DNA of 64,000 nt from Patescibacteria group bacterium (GCA_041665845.1 JBAYIC010000007.1:3046-67045), one strand, 5' to 3'; shown: positions 18,602 to 29,011, numbered from the stretch's first letter. The notes: a model not told the origin generated them from the sequence alone. A program made the numbers and translations.

Positions 18602-20335
18602 CTATTTAGTAACATCAATTACTACATAACCATCCTTATCATAAACTTTATTAAAATGATCAGAAATGAAAAGTTTCTGATTTATTTTAATTTCTTTTTC
18701 TTCAATTCCCTTAATTATTTTATCAAGATGAAAATATAAGTAATAATTTTCATTATCTTTAAAAAATATAAAACGCTTTAATTTGCCATATGAGCAATCT
18801 TTTATTTTATTATAAAGCTCATCGGGAGATTGCGAATTTGCTAAAGACTGAACATAATCGTAGCGCTCAGAAAAAATAGCGGCGGGGTTATTATTATGTT
18901 GATTAAAATAAATTAGATGATTAATCGGTAGAAAGGCTAATATTTGAGGCGTCGTTTGTAAGGTAAGTTTTGAACTAACTAAATCATCTTGTTTTAAATA
19001 ATTAATTAAATCAATAACTGATTGATTAGCGTTTCGGGATTCAACCCGACGCATTCTTACTATTGGGTCATCTACAAAAAAACCAAAAATAGATTGAGAG
19101 GCAAAATACATTACGCCAAGAACACAGGTAGTAATATAATAATTTCTATTTTCATTAATATGAAAATGAAGAAATAAACGCTCTAAACCATAAGCCGCAC
19201 CAATAGCCAATATTGTCGGTGCTAAAATATAAAAACCCCTAAATTCTTGGAATGGAATTTTAAATATCAGAAGAGATATCATTCCTAGGCCCCACCAAAG
19301 AAAAGCAGTTAATAATAAAAATAATAATTGTTTAATAAAATTACGACTTCGATAATAAACTATAGTTAAAAAACCAAAAAGTAAAATCAAACTATTTATT
19401 CCGTTAAGCTTAAACATCGGTAACCAAAGATCTAGCCCATTAGGAGTGAAGAAGGCCGTCTGCCAACTTTCCATTCCATTTTTAAAATAACTTATTGTTA
19501 AAGGCACTAAAAATGGTGAAGCAACAATCAGGGTTATAATCATGGTTTTAAAAAGTGCAAAAAAATATTTAATTCTCTTGCCCTTCTCTTCTGTAACGCC
19601 CAACAGAAACAAGGCGATAGCGGCAAAAATTAACCATAAGTAATAAGTCATGAAAATAAGGCCCGCAATTATCCCGTATATCAATATTTTTTTGTTATTT
19701 AATTTATCTTGAGAAATATTTAAATAAAGACTGATATACCAAAATATCGTCGTTGCCGCAGCGATAACTTCGTATGGTTTTCCAAACAATAAATCTTTAT
19801 CTAGAATTGTAATAATTAACAATGGAACTAGGAATATAAACATTGCTCCCGGCATTTTCTCTCCTAAAAATTTATCCTTAATCAAATATTTCTGAAAATA
19901 ATATAAACCGACTGGGAAAAATAAGAAAAAAGAAAAGGCGGCTAATTTAAAAATTACGATACCATTTAAATTAAAAACTCTACCAATTAAACCAAAGAGC
20001 CAAAAGGATGCCGGGGGATAAAATGATGGTAAGCTATGATAAGCAAAATCTGCGCTAAAATTAACGTGCGCAAAGGTGTTATACATGGCCGTGAGTGTTA
20101 TTTCATCTCCCTGTAACCCCCAAAACGGTAATTGTAAATCATTTACTAACAGAAAATATGAAGCCGCCGATATCAACCCCGCTAAGGCTAAAAAATAAAC
20201 CGGACTCTTCTTTAAATAAATTAAATAGAAGGAAATAGCAATAAATAATAATAATAATAGCTTGATACTAATAAGAATTTGCACATCTAAAAAATCCATA
20301 TTATCTTTCTTTATATACCCAATGTTTATAAGCAA
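18602..20335 (-). CDS. Large polytopic membrane protein (GT-C-type glycosyltransferase-like)
   Basis: About 14 TM helices plus a soluble C-terminal domain, sitting downstream of a GtrA-like gene. An alternative start at 20299 would avoid the overlap. Confidence 0.5.
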   Translation of the reverse strand: MLINIGYIKKDNMDFLDVQILISIKLLLLLFIAISFYLIYLKKSPVYFLALAGLISAASYFLLVNDLQLPFWGLQGDEITLTAMYNTFAHVNFSADFAYHSLPSFYPPASFWLFGLIGRVFNLNGIVIFKLAAFSFFLFFPVGLYYFQKYLIKDKFLGEKMPGAMFIFLVPLLIITILDKDLLFGKPYEVIAAATTIFWYISLYLNISQDKLNNKKILIYGIIAGLIFMTYYLWLIFAAIALFLLGVTEEKGKRIKYFFALFKTMIITLIVASPFLVPLTISYFKNGMESWQTAFFTPNGLDLWLPMFKLNGINSLILLFGFLTIVYYRSRNFIKQLLFLLLTAFLWWGLGMISLLIFKIPFQEFRGFYILAPTILAIGAAYGLERLFLHFHINENRNYYITTCVLGVMYFASQSIFGFFVDDPIVRMRRVESRNANQSVIDLINYLKQDDLVSSKLTLQTTPQILAFLPINHLIYFNQHNNNPAAIFSERYDYVQSLANSQSPDELYNKIKDCSYGKLKRFIFFKDNENYYLYFHLDKIIKGIEEKEIKINQKLFISDHFNKVYDKDGYVVIDVTK

Positions 20336-20768
20336 TGAAATTGCAACTAAAAAGCAAACCGATAGAAACTAACCTAACTATCTTATAATCTATGCCAATA
20401 AGGCTATAAAGTAAATACATCAGAATAATAGAGGCAAAATAATTGAAAGCAACTAAAATAACATAACGGCTAAATTGACGCAGTGGTTTCTTTCTAGTTT
20501 CAAACGACCAATATTTATTTAGTAGGAAATTATAAATAATAATTATTATCTGATTAGTTGCGACTGCTAAAACTGGAGTAAAGTTAATCTTTTCTTTTAA
20601 AAATATCAATAATCCAATATCTATCAACGCCGAACTAGAGCCAACTACTAGAAACCGAGCAATTTGACCTTTGGAGTTAAAAAGATAATCTTTAAATTTA
20701 ATAATCAAATTCATATATACTAAACTAATTTGTTCTACCGTAACTGATTTAGCTAGATTTAGAAACAA
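20301..20768 (-). CDS. GtrA-family membrane protein
   Basis: Four TM helices and the RFLVVGSSSALIDIGLL motif. Confidence 0.7.
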   Translation of the reverse strand: MFLNLAKSVTVEQISLVYMNLIIKFKDYLFNSKGQIARFLVVGSSSALIDIGLLIFLKEKINFTPVLAVATNQIIIIIYNFLLNKYWSFETRKKPLRQFSRYVILVAFNYFASIILMYLLYSLIGIDYKIVRLVSIGLLFSCNFIAYKHWVYKER

Positions 20769-20770
20769 TT

Positions 20771-21169
20771 TTATTTAATAAAGCCAAAATGTTTTAAAGC
20801 TGGTTTAATATTAGGAGCTAAAATTTCATTATCCAAATCAACTAAATTCAGCCATTTCCATTCTCTAATATCTGTCCCCGGAATAATTTCATTTTTCCTT
20901 TCCGCTAAAAAATGAACTAGAACAACGCTAACTTTATTACTATCAATCTTTTTTTCAGTATAGAAAAAGTATGGCTCGCTATTTAATATCTTTATTTCTA
21001 ACCCCATTTCTTCTTTAACTTCCCTGGCTGCAGTTTCCTTAATATCTAACTCATAATCTTCAACCCGACCGCCGCAAAATTTCCAAAAATTATCCTCACC
21101 ATGTTTATTGAGTAGAACTTGATTATTTTCAACAATAACTGGGCCGGAGGCAATTATAATTTTTAACAT
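20771..21169 (-). CDS. NUDIX hydrolase
   Basis: Nudix box GGRVEDYELDIKETAAREVKEEMGL. Confidence 0.8.
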   Translation of the reverse strand: MLKIIIASGPVIVENNQVLLNKHGEDNFWKFCGGRVEDYELDIKETAAREVKEEMGLEIKILNSEPYFFYTEKKIDSNKVSVVLVHFLAERKNEIIPGTDIREWKWLNLVDLDNEILAPNIKPALKHFGFIK

Positions 21170-21223
21170 ATATGTATATGGTTATTTAAAAAAACTAAAT
21201 ATCTTGCAAAAATCAGACAATCC

Positions 21224-21931
21224 TTATATGTGCTCAAATTCAAAGACATAGAAAGTAAAATTTTCAAAAGAAGAAGGCTTACTGTATAACTTTAATAATT
21301 TATACCCGTTAATTTTACTGAGTTCAAACGGTAAATTTATGTCTAAATCAACAAAATTTGCCCAACCAAAATATATTCTTCCCTTTGGTTTTAGATAATT
21401 TTTTGCTTCTTTAAAAAATTTTATTTTCATTTCATCGCCCGGGTCCCAAAACATCCTATCAACGTCATCCTTGATTTCATGTTTTGTGTATGGAGGATTG
21501 CAAACAATGATATCAAACCTCCCTTTCACTTTTTCAAAAACATCTGATTTAAAAAATTTCACATTATCAACCTTATATTTCCTTGCATTATCTTTACTAT
21601 TTTTTATGGCTAAACTATTTATATCTACAGCTATCCCCTCTTTAGCTTTTTTTGCTAAAGCAATTGAGATAGCGCCAGTACCGCAACCGATTTCTAAAAA
21701 ACTCTCAGTTTTCATTATTTTTACAGAATCTATCATTAATTCAGAATCTCCACCAGTTTGATAAACCCCCGAATTAGCTATTATTTTAAGTCCATAACAT
21801 TTTACTTCAATCGGCTTACTTTGACGACTTTTATTTATTCTATCTGATTGTCGAGGAATGGCTTGAAAAGTGCTTTGTTTAATTTTTTTCATAAAGGGTA
21901 TTAGTAAGAGAGATTTTTGAAAATCGGACAA
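21224..21931 (-). CDS. SAM-dependent methyltransferase (HemK/PrmC-like, NPPY)
   Basis: Motif I EIGCGTGAISI and motif IV IIVCNPPY. Confidence 0.75.
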   Translation of the reverse strand: MSDFQKSLLLIPFMKKIKQSTFQAIPRQSDRINKSRQSKPIEVKCYGLKIIANSGVYQTGGDSELMIDSVKIMKTESFLEIGCGTGAISIALAKKAKEGIAVDINSLAIKNSKDNARKYKVDNVKFFKSDVFEKVKGRFDIIVCNPPYTKHEIKDDVDRMFWDPGDEMKIKFFKEAKNYLKPKGRIYFGWANFVDLDINLPFELSKINGYKLLKLYSKPSSFENFTFYVFEFEHI

Positions 21932-21937
21932 CTGATA

Positions 21938-23380
21938 TTATTTAGCATTCTTAATAAACTCCTCAACATCAATTAAGGGCGTAAACGGTACTCCCTCTAT
22001 AGTTACCGGAGTCTCTTTATGAACCATCCTTGTTTCCAGATTATTATTTTCCCCCTTTTCTAATCTATGGACATCATAACTACGGATAATATTACCATCT
22101 GCACCTTGAAAATATTTAATATTTTGCTGATGAACAGGATAGGTTGGGTCGTTCAAACTCATATAATAATCCCAAGCTGTTAAACCATCGGCGTCAATAA
22201 CTCTATTCATCTCGGGGTCCTCTTTCAAATGTTTGGAATCTCCAAAAACAATATAATTAAGGCGGCCCGTACTATCAATTCTAGATGCTTTTCTTCTTTT
22301 TATATCACTTTTAACTGCTGTATTTTTATAAATATCACTAATATTTTTATCATCAAACTCTTCATGAAGTTCTTTTCGCGATAAGCGCATACCTGGGTTT
22401 AAACAAATTTTACATATTCTATAAAAATCCAAAGCGGCTTCATTCCGCTCTTTTTCTTTAACCGCAATTACCTGTTCAACGGCTGAATCCTCCATAGACT
22501 TTTTCCCCTGAGGATTCTTATAATGCATGTTTATAAAATTATTAGGCAAGTTAATGTCATAATAATCTTTAATCTGTTCCTTGCTATCATCAAGAGTAAT
22601 AACAGTCGGCGGAATAATTCCTCTACTTTTATAATCTTTCTCTAAAAGAGCCTCTAAAACTTCGCGTTTTGAGCCCTCGGTATAAATAATATCATCCACC
22701 GCATCGCTCATATCCGTCCTATCAATCCTCCCTTTTTGATAATTAATATCACCAAAAGTTAAAATAGAGATTCTTATTTCTCTTTTTTCCGTTGTGTTCC
22801 TTCCTAATGCTAACAAGACACGTTTCATCCCTTGATCAATAAACTCGTTAGGATTAACTCCTACTGTGATTAATCCATCAATGAATTCTTTTTCGCCAGG
22901 TTTATATTCTTCAATTTTTTCAACTAAATTATTAAAACGAAGAACTTTTTTATTTTCATCATTAACTATTTTAGACGCTTCATAAAGTTTTTCAAATTCT
23001 TTTTTATCCAACCCCGTGCTCTCGCAAATTTGGTCTCTTAAAAAATTATTATAAGTTGTTGTTTTATTAATAACATCATCAAAATCAATCACCACCCAAA
23101 CTTTCTCGGAAGCTCTTTGTTTTTCTGCTGAATCTTCTGAATTATCTAACAAGCCTCTAACTCGATCAATATATGAAGGGGGCTTACTTGGATCATCAAA
23201 AATCGGAACCAACTCTCTTTCATCGCCCGTTAATTTTTTTTCATAAGAGCATTCTTCATTGCGCATTCTTTGAAGGGACTGCTCGGCTAAATTTAAATAA
23301 TCCGACTGCAATTCATCGGAATTTTTTTCAATTTTTTGATCTATTTTTTTGAATGGTAATTGAGGTTCTTGCCCTATCAT
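21938..23380 (-). CDS. Hypothetical protein (possible HAD-like core)
   Basis: ORF track. WVVIDFDDVINKT resembles HAD motif I. Confidence 0.5.
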   Translation of the reverse strand: MIGQEPQLPFKKIDQKIEKNSDELQSDYLNLAEQSLQRMRNEECSYEKKLTGDERELVPIFDDPSKPPSYIDRVRGLLDNSEDSAEKQRASEKVWVVIDFDDVINKTTTYNNFLRDQICESTGLDKKEFEKLYEASKIVNDENKKVLRFNNLVEKIEEYKPGEKEFIDGLITVGVNPNEFIDQGMKRVLLALGRNTTEKREIRISILTFGDINYQKGRIDRTDMSDAVDDIIYTEGSKREVLEALLEKDYKSRGIIPPTVITLDDSKEQIKDYYDINLPNNFINMHYKNPQGKKSMEDSAVEQVIAVKEKERNEAALDFYRICKICLNPGMRLSRKELHEEFDDKNISDIYKNTAVKSDIKRRKASRIDSTGRLNYIVFGDSKHLKEDPEMNRVIDADGLTAWDYYMSLNDPTYPVHQQNIKYFQGADGNIIRSYDVHRLEKGENNNLETRMVHKETPVTIEGVPFTPLIDVEEFIKNAK

Positions 23381-23389
23381 ATATTAAAT

Positions 23390-23746
23390 TTATTTGAAAT
23401 ACTCTGTTGGGAATTTTATCCACTCAAGTTTTATTAAAATAACTATTACTAGCGTGTATAAAATTGAAAAAATCAGGTCTTTGATTAATTCTTTTTTTGT
23501 ATATCTAGTTGTATCGGAATCTAGCAATTTTTTTGCTCCTTGATGCATTAATATAAAACCGGCAATATTGGTTATCCAATAACCGATAACCATCATCGGA
23601 GCAAAAAAATTTTTCGAAATAAGGCTAAATAAAAGAGCAAATCCATAAGCAATAGGGATATTCAAAAATAAATCGTTCCACCATGAAAGCGGTGACAAAA
23701 GATAGCCCAAGGTAACTATAAACCCATTTGCAATTTTACTGCGCAT
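23390..23746 (-). CDS. Small membrane protein
   Basis: Three to four hydrophobic helices. Confidence 0.55.
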   Translation of the reverse strand: MRSKIANGFIVTLGYLLSPLSWWNDLFLNIPIAYGFALLFSLISKNFFAPMMVIGYWITNIAGFILMHQGAKKLLDSDTTRYTKKELIKDLIFSILYTLVIVILIKLEWIKFPTEYFK

Positions 23747-23775
23747 AGTTTCTGTTTAATCTATACTCAATTATA

Positions 23776-24177
23776 TCATAACACCTTAATTTGTTCTAAA
23801 AAGGTGTTTAATTCCCTTAACGGTCGCTTTTCATTATCCCAATAATGAGTTTTGATACCTAAGGACTGAGCACTCACAACAGCTTCTGGATTATGTTCAA
23901 AATACACAACATCTTCGATTTCTAAATTAAAATGCCTAAGCATTTTTGTATAATATTCAGGGTTTGTCTTTTCTGGATTATGCTTTAAAGTAAAGACTTC
24001 GTAAGGCATTTTATCTAAACCAAATTCTTCAAACTGTTCATCGTTTGCTCCTGTGAGAATAATTTTTTTATTAGGAAATTCATCAAGAATTTTTCGCATT
24101 GGTTCAAATATCTCAAAATCTCCATTTTTAGTTTCTACAACAAATGCATCAACTGCATCAACAAGAATTGTTTTCAT
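23776..24177 (-). CDS. HAD-like hydrolase (short)
   Basis: N-terminal ILVDAVDAF (DxD-type) motif and overall length. Confidence 0.5.
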   Translation of the reverse strand: MKTILVDAVDAFVVETKNGDFEIFEPMRKILDEFPNKKIILTGANDEQFEEFGLDKMPYEVFTLKHNPEKTNPEYYTKMLRHFNLEIEDVVYFEHNPEAVVSAQSLGIKTHYWDNEKRPLRELNTFLEQIKVL

Positions 24178-24239
24178 AATTTATTATAATATTTATAACG
24201 GCGCAGGTAATCGGAGTTCAACGAATTTACCGCAGCCCA

Positions 24240-25742
24240 TCATAAAGTTATTTTAATTAGTTCTTTCCAAATAGCATACATGGCATAAGTATCCAGATAA
24301 CAATATTCCAGAAGATTTTTAGCAGTCTTATTTTTTTCTTCTTCTGAGTTAGCCTTTAGAATCTTTTCAAACCATGCCTCCATAGCCGAGCCGCCCTCTT
24401 TTATTTCTAGTTCTTTATAACTTAACTCTGGAACCAATACGGGTAATACTTTTTTAATCGATGTACTCCCCTTAAAATTAGAGTGAACATGCAGCTGTTT
24501 ATGAAATATATCCATCAAATCATAGATCCTATTATTTATATCGGCAAGAAATTCTTTATTATTTGGACTCAATTCTCCTAATTCTGAATTTCTTGTTCGT
24601 TCAAACGGTTTATACCAAACAATAATGTTGCCTTCGGAACCAATAGATTTTTTGAGAGCAGAAATTATTTCTTCGGTTGGATCAGAATTATCCATATGGA
24701 GATATTCATGGTGCTCAAGATCGCCATCAGAACTATTTAAAACATGTAAGGAAAATTGAAAAGGAATGTGTTGATACGGCTTGAATCCTTTAAATAGCGG
24801 TATGGCTGATGGGTATGTTTCATAATCTAAAAAATACAAAGGATAGCTAAGCGACTCTAATTCATTTTTTATAGCCGAATGATCTATAATTGGTATCTGA
24901 CTCTTATGAACATCCACTTGATTTCTCTGTGCATCTGATAGTTTAAAATCATCAGGAATATCATTTATATCCAAAATTCCCAAATTTACTAATTCAGCTA
25001 ATTTTTTCTTACTCAGCCCGATACGAGAAAGGTCGTGAATAGAATACTCTGGAACCTCTGGATGAGAATAATGAAAAGTCGAACAATGATTACTGCGCCC
25101 TTGATAGATACAAGTGCACTCCAAAGCATTCTCGTCTTTCTGAAAAAGAGTCTCTTCGGCTTTACTCATTTTTTCTCGAGTAGCATCTTCTCTTTCTAAT
25201 ATTTTGTCGGTTACATCATCTATCACAAAAAGTTCATGAATGTTTATTTCATCACCACGAATATACTCTTTATTTAAATGGATAATATTGACGTTTCCGA
25301 TCTTAATCCCGCAATTACGCAAGATTACCTGCTGAAAAGCGGCATCTTCAATATGATCTCGTTCTTCGCCATTTTCCTTCAAAGTATTAGTACCTTTTAT
25401 TTCGTATAGATTCCAGCAATCATTATTTTTATCATATTCTAAAACATCATTTCTGGCCAAAAAATTTCCAGAAATAAAAGTTGACTGAAAAATAACTGAT
25501 TGTTTATTTTCAATATATTGTTGTGTTTTTGTGGCTGCTGTTTTGCCAAATTCTTCAATCAAAACTCCAGATGGAAAAAGTTTTCTCGCCCATAATTCAA
25601 CTAAATTTCCATTAGCGACTAAGCTTTTTTCGAAAGCGGATAACTCAAATTTAGATGCTAATTCTGGTTTATATTGCTTGAGCCAGGCGTTCTTAGCACA
25701 AGCAAGAAACTCAAGATAGATTGTTTTGGTGATGTGTTGCAT
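24240..25742 (-). CDS. DUF2779-like protein (RecB/Cas4-like nuclease fold?)
   Basis: N-terminus ITKTIYLEFLACAKNAWL plus Cys cluster CTCIYQGRSNHC. Family assignment is from memory. Confidence 0.5.
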   Translation of the reverse strand: MQHITKTIYLEFLACAKNAWLKQYKPELASKFELSAFEKSLVANGNLVELWARKLFPSGVLIEEFGKTAATKTQQYIENKQSVIFQSTFISGNFLARNDVLEYDKNNDCWNLYEIKGTNTLKENGEERDHIEDAAFQQVILRNCGIKIGNVNIIHLNKEYIRGDEINIHELFVIDDVTDKILEREDATREKMSKAEETLFQKDENALECTCIYQGRSNHCSTFHYSHPEVPEYSIHDLSRIGLSKKKLAELVNLGILDINDIPDDFKLSDAQRNQVDVHKSQIPIIDHSAIKNELESLSYPLYFLDYETYPSAIPLFKGFKPYQHIPFQFSLHVLNSSDGDLEHHEYLHMDNSDPTEEIISALKKSIGSEGNIIVWYKPFERTRNSELGELSPNNKEFLADINNRIYDLMDIFHKQLHVHSNFKGSTSIKKVLPVLVPELSYKELEIKEGGSAMEAWFEKILKANSEEEKNKTAKNLLEYCYLDTYAMYAIWKELIKITL

Positions 25743-25751
25743 TTTTGAATA

Positions 25752-26318
25752 TTATATTATTACGACACCCATTTCTCCAATCTGCAGACCAGCGGCATTG
25801 GCTTCATCGGTATCTAGATGCAAATTCCAAACGAAATCAGCCCGAACACGCACGACGACTTGCGCAAAAATTACCGCACGTTCAACGCCACATTTAACGG
25901 AGACGACTTGTCCGTCTTGAAGAATATATTTTTTAGCATCCTCTAAAGAGGCGTGAATATGTCTTTGTGGCCTAATCGCACAATTCCTAGATACTTGTCC
26001 TCTAGGACCAATAATTTTCAACTTGGCAGCTTGAGCCATATTACCAGAAACTGCTAAGGGAACTTTTAGGCCGAGCTTACGAGTATCGGTTAGAGAAAGT
26101 TCAACTTGTGTTTCCAGGCGCTCCGGGCCGACCACTCGAACATTTTCTATCAGCTTGTCGCCATTTTGTAGATTTACTTTCTCCACCGCGGCATACTGGC
26201 CAGTTTGAGAAATGGCTTTTAAGGACCTAAGCTTATAGCCAACCCCAAACAGCAAATCTACATCCGACCGACTAAGATGAACATGCCGAGCTGAAATTTC
26301 TATAGGAATAGTTATCAT
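25752..26318 (-). CDS. pduL: Phosphate propanoyl/acetyl-transferase PduL
   Basis: Duplicated PduL motifs (ISARHVHLS, QRHIHAS, HLDTDEANAAG). I chose the start at ATG 26318; the track ORF extends to 26372. Confidence 0.85.
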   Translation of the reverse strand: MITIPIEISARHVHLSRSDVDLLFGVGYKLRSLKAISQTGQYAAVEKVNLQNGDKLIENVRVVGPERLETQVELSLTDTRKLGLKVPLAVSGNMAQAAKLKIIGPRGQVSRNCAIRPQRHIHASLEDAKKYILQDGQVVSVKCGVERAVIFAQVVVRVRADFVWNLHLDTDEANAAGLQIGEMGVVII

Positions 26319-26328
26319 AAATAAATTG

Positions 26329-26739
26329 TTATTTTTTAAGTCGCATGCCGGTTTCAAATAATTCAAAGTCAAATTTATTATAGAAAGGTATTAAAAAATC
26401 TCTATTGTTTGGGTCAACAAATAAACTAATAGAACTATATTTTTTATCTGCTGTAAAAGCTAATAAGTTGTTCATTATCATTTTCCCTATTCCCTGACTT
26501 TGATAATCTTTATGAACAACGATATCATAAAACATACAAAATATCCCGTCTTCTACGATTCTACCCATGCCCACCATTTTATCCTTGTCATATACACTAT
26601 AAACAAAGGAGGACTTATCTAAAATTTCACGCCATTTCTCTTCCCCTCTTTTAGTACACCAGCCGACAGAAAATCTCAGAGCATTTATTTGCTCCCAGTT
26701 TAAATCTTTATTTGTCGATTCTGTTAATTTCATAATCAA
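26329..26739 (-). CDS. GNAT-family N-acetyltransferase
   Basis: Acetyl-CoA motif YQSQGIGKMIMN. Confidence 0.8.
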   Translation of the reverse strand: MIMKLTESTNKDLNWEQINALRFSVGWCTKRGEEKWREILDKSSFVYSVYDKDKMVGMGRIVEDGIFCMFYDIVVHKDYQSQGIGKMIMNNLLAFTADKKYSSISLFVDPNNRDFLIPFYNKFDFELFETGMRLKK

Positions 26740-26820
26740 AAATTATATTAATAATCTTATAATAACTGTATCATGCCATTACTCTCTATGAAAAACAGTC
26801 CCTATTTCAAGATTATTTTT

Positions 26821-26857
26821 AATCTGCGGAGAGCGTGGGACGATGTTGGAACGGTGT
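26821..26857 (-). repeat. tRNA-Ser 3'-end-like relic (repeat copy 2)
   Basis: aatctgcggagagcgtggga..ttggaacggt resembles the 3' end of tRNA-Ser(GCU) (gcggagaggcggggattcgaacc) and matches copy 1 at 14635-14663. Confidence 0.5.
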
Positions 26858-26889
26858 TTTTATACAATATCAACAAATTTAACTAATAT

Positions 26890-27807
26890 TCACTTTTTAA
26901 GTATCCCATAGGAACAGCCCTCCAAATCGTTTTTTCCCATAACAATGTTTATGCCTTTTTCCTGCAAATATTTCACCGACTCTCCCGGGATAGCATCTCT
27001 TATTTTTTCTATTTCTGCTTTTTCATCATTTGTTAGTTCCTTTTCATCTCGTTGTTTTGCAAGTAATTCTCGAAACCTTTTATTGTTTTGTCCAATAAAA
27101 TTAAAAACGGGCGCACTAATCCTAGCTTCTCCACCCTCTTTAAGTATCCTTAATATTTCAGTTATACAAAAATCAATATCTTCTTTCTTTCTAAAACCTG
27201 TCGGCGGCCCACCATGTGATATAAGCAAATCGATAGAATTATCTAAAATTTGAGGAAGACCTTTGGTAATATCTGCCACAATACCATTCTTTAGTTCTGG
27301 TCTTTTAGATAATATATTTTCCCTTTTATCTATCGACAAAACCGTACCGGCTTTTCTTATTGTGGCCGCTCTTTCTATAACTTGAGTGCCCGAACCAAGG
27401 TCAATAACTTTTTTGTCTTCTAAATCATCAAAAGTTAGACCTAGACGACTCAATATCTTTGTTGCCCTATTCATTGCCTCTTCATCTGAAAAAGCATCGA
27501 TACACTCAGCTTCTGCCTGCTCGATTCTTCTTATTTTTTCCTCATCTCTATATTTTTTAATTTCGAATTTATTGTCTATAATATTAATTTTAAAACCACG
27601 AGGATCAACCCATTCACTTCTATCAAAAGCATTGTCTAAAAATTGGCTTAATGTAGTTTGTCCATCTCCAATCGGCAGATCTAGTTCTTCCACCTGATAG
27701 CCAGCTATATGTTTTAAAATATAAGCCATCATCTCCCCTTTTGACTCAAACATTATTTTAGGTTTTAACCTATTTTCTATTGGTATGAAACCATTCTCGA
27801 ATGACAT
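26890..27807 (-). CDS. SAM-dependent methyltransferase with an unknown N-terminal domain
   Basis: Motif I VIDLGSGTQ. Its first ~17 aa resemble those of the 14679..15548 product. Confidence 0.65.
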   Translation of the reverse strand: MSFENGFIPIENRLKPKIMFESKGEMMAYILKHIAGYQVEELDLPIGDGQTTLSQFLDNAFDRSEWVDPRGFKINIIDNKFEIKKYRDEEKIRRIEQAEAECIDAFSDEEAMNRATKILSRLGLTFDDLEDKKVIDLGSGTQVIERAATIRKAGTVLSIDKRENILSKRPELKNGIVADITKGLPQILDNSIDLLISHGGPPTGFRKKEDIDFCITEILRILKEGGEARISAPVFNFIGQNNKRFRELLAKQRDEKELTNDEKAEIEKIRDAIPGESVKYLQEKGINIVMGKNDLEGCSYGILKK

Positions 27808-27868
27808 ATAATTTTGATTACTTATGTGAATATTATATCATACCGTTCCAAGGCAATAAACTCCCTAT

Positions 27869-27894
27869 CAAAAAATAGCCCTAAAATAGGGCTA
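27869..27894 (-). terminator. Intrinsic terminator
   Basis: Stem tagccct/agggcta (27876-27894), followed on the minus strand by a T6 run. Confidence 0.6.
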
Positions 27895-28120
27895 TTTACA
27901 AACCGCGGGCTAACTGAGTTAGATACCACCGTTAACAAGGTTTATAAGGGCTTTTGAGTGCCTTTTTTCGAACTCAAAATAAGTAAGTGGGTCGGGTAAA
28001 TGAGACAAATGAGACACTATAGAGCTTTTAGCAATTTGCAAGGGTTTATTAAATATTTTGGCTAATAATTGACTAAATATCGGATAAATAGCAATAAAAT
28101 AAACAACTATATTATAATAG

Positions 28121-29011
28121 CTAAATATCGTTAAAAGCTTGATAGTTAATAATCCCTTCTATACAATAATTTATAAATCCTTCTGAAGATGCTAACCCGT
28201 CCCTTAATGCTGCCTTCCAATTATTACCACCTTTTAACAATCTTTTTGAATCGGCATCATCTTCAATCCATGTCTTAATTTTACTATATAAAATATTTTT
28301 TGCGGGCAAAGACTCTTCCCTCTTATACGTATTAATAATGATATCCATTATTGAGGATATTTCCTCGCTAGAATTTTGGGAATATTTTTCAAGCAAATTT
28401 AAGTTAATAAAATGATTTTTTATTAAGGTGGAAAAATTTATATCAAATTCTTCTGAAAAATTTAAAGAAAAAATAGGCACAAATTTATCATTTGCCGACT
28501 CTATATTACAATACAAAAATATTTCAGCAGCATCAATTGGATCAAAATAAAAATTTAAAAATTCGCGAATACCATCTTCATTCAACCATTTCTCTAATTT
28601 CTTATTATTACAATCTGAGCAACACGGAACTAAATTCAATGAAAATATTGAAAACTCCGGGAAAATACTTTTCGGTAAATAATGATCAAATGGTTTAACT
28701 GGACTAATGCCACAATATTGACAAACGTTTGAATTATTTAATTCAATAATTTTTGCTTTAATTTTGTCTAGTTGGTGTAGTATTTTTGTCTTTGTGACAT
28801 AACAAGAACGGAGGGCACTTCCTTGCCATTGTTCCCAGCTTTCTATTGGTAATAATTCAAGTTCCTTCTTTTTTAATTCATAATCATTATAACGACTTTT
28901 GACTTTATCAAAAACGCCTGAAAGGATTGCTCTCTGCGGTTCTCTTTTTTTGCCTATCATTTCAGACAAAAAATTTTCATTATTAATTTCTGGTATTTTA
29001 AGATTCTTCAT
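28121..29011 (-). CDS. HNH endonuclease (Septu PtuB-like)
   Basis: CQYCG-x8-DHYLPKS...CCSDCNNKK. ATGA overlap with the upstream ATPase gene. Confidence 0.75.
   Translation of the reverse strand: MKNLKIPEINNENFLSEMIGKKREPQRAILSGVFDKVKSRYNDYELKKKELELLPIESWEQWQGSALRSCYVTKTKILHQLDKIKAKIIELNNSNVCQYCGISPVKPFDHYLPKSIFPEFSIFSLNLVPCCSDCNNKKLEKWLNEDGIREFLNFYFDPIDAAEIFLYCNIESANDKFVPIFSLNFSEEFDINFSTLIKNHFINLNLLEKYSQNSSEEISSIMDIIINTYKREESLPAKNILYSKIKTWIEDDADSKRLLKGGNNWKAALRDGLASSEGFINYCIEGIINYQAFNDI

Noticed and set aside
25752-26372. The full 206-aa track ORF as PduL, overlapping the GNAT gene by 44 nt.
   Set aside because: The conserved PduL sequence begins at the internal Met (MITIPIEISARHVHLS, ATG 26318). 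Using that start removes the overlap. The upstream 18 codons look like read-through of the intergenic region.
26945-27697. Antisense ORFs in the track. Examples: 26945..27253, 27386..27697, 44750..45130, 63547..63867, 2037..2240, 21471..21761, 30650..30988 and 49112..49429.
   Set aside because: Each lies entirely opposite a longer ORF with recognisable domains. Their products are low-complexity (S/F/L/I-rich) with no motifs. They are typical shadow frames of AT-rich coding DNA.
27895-28120. The 225-nt non-coding tail downstream of the HNH gene as a tRNA-like or att site (ctaactgagttag hairpin, tttgagt/actcaaa hairpin).
   Set aside because: The hairpins are short and AT-rich. I could see no similarity to either tRNA-Ser or to the right island junction. 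It is kept only as an uncertain left-boundary zone.
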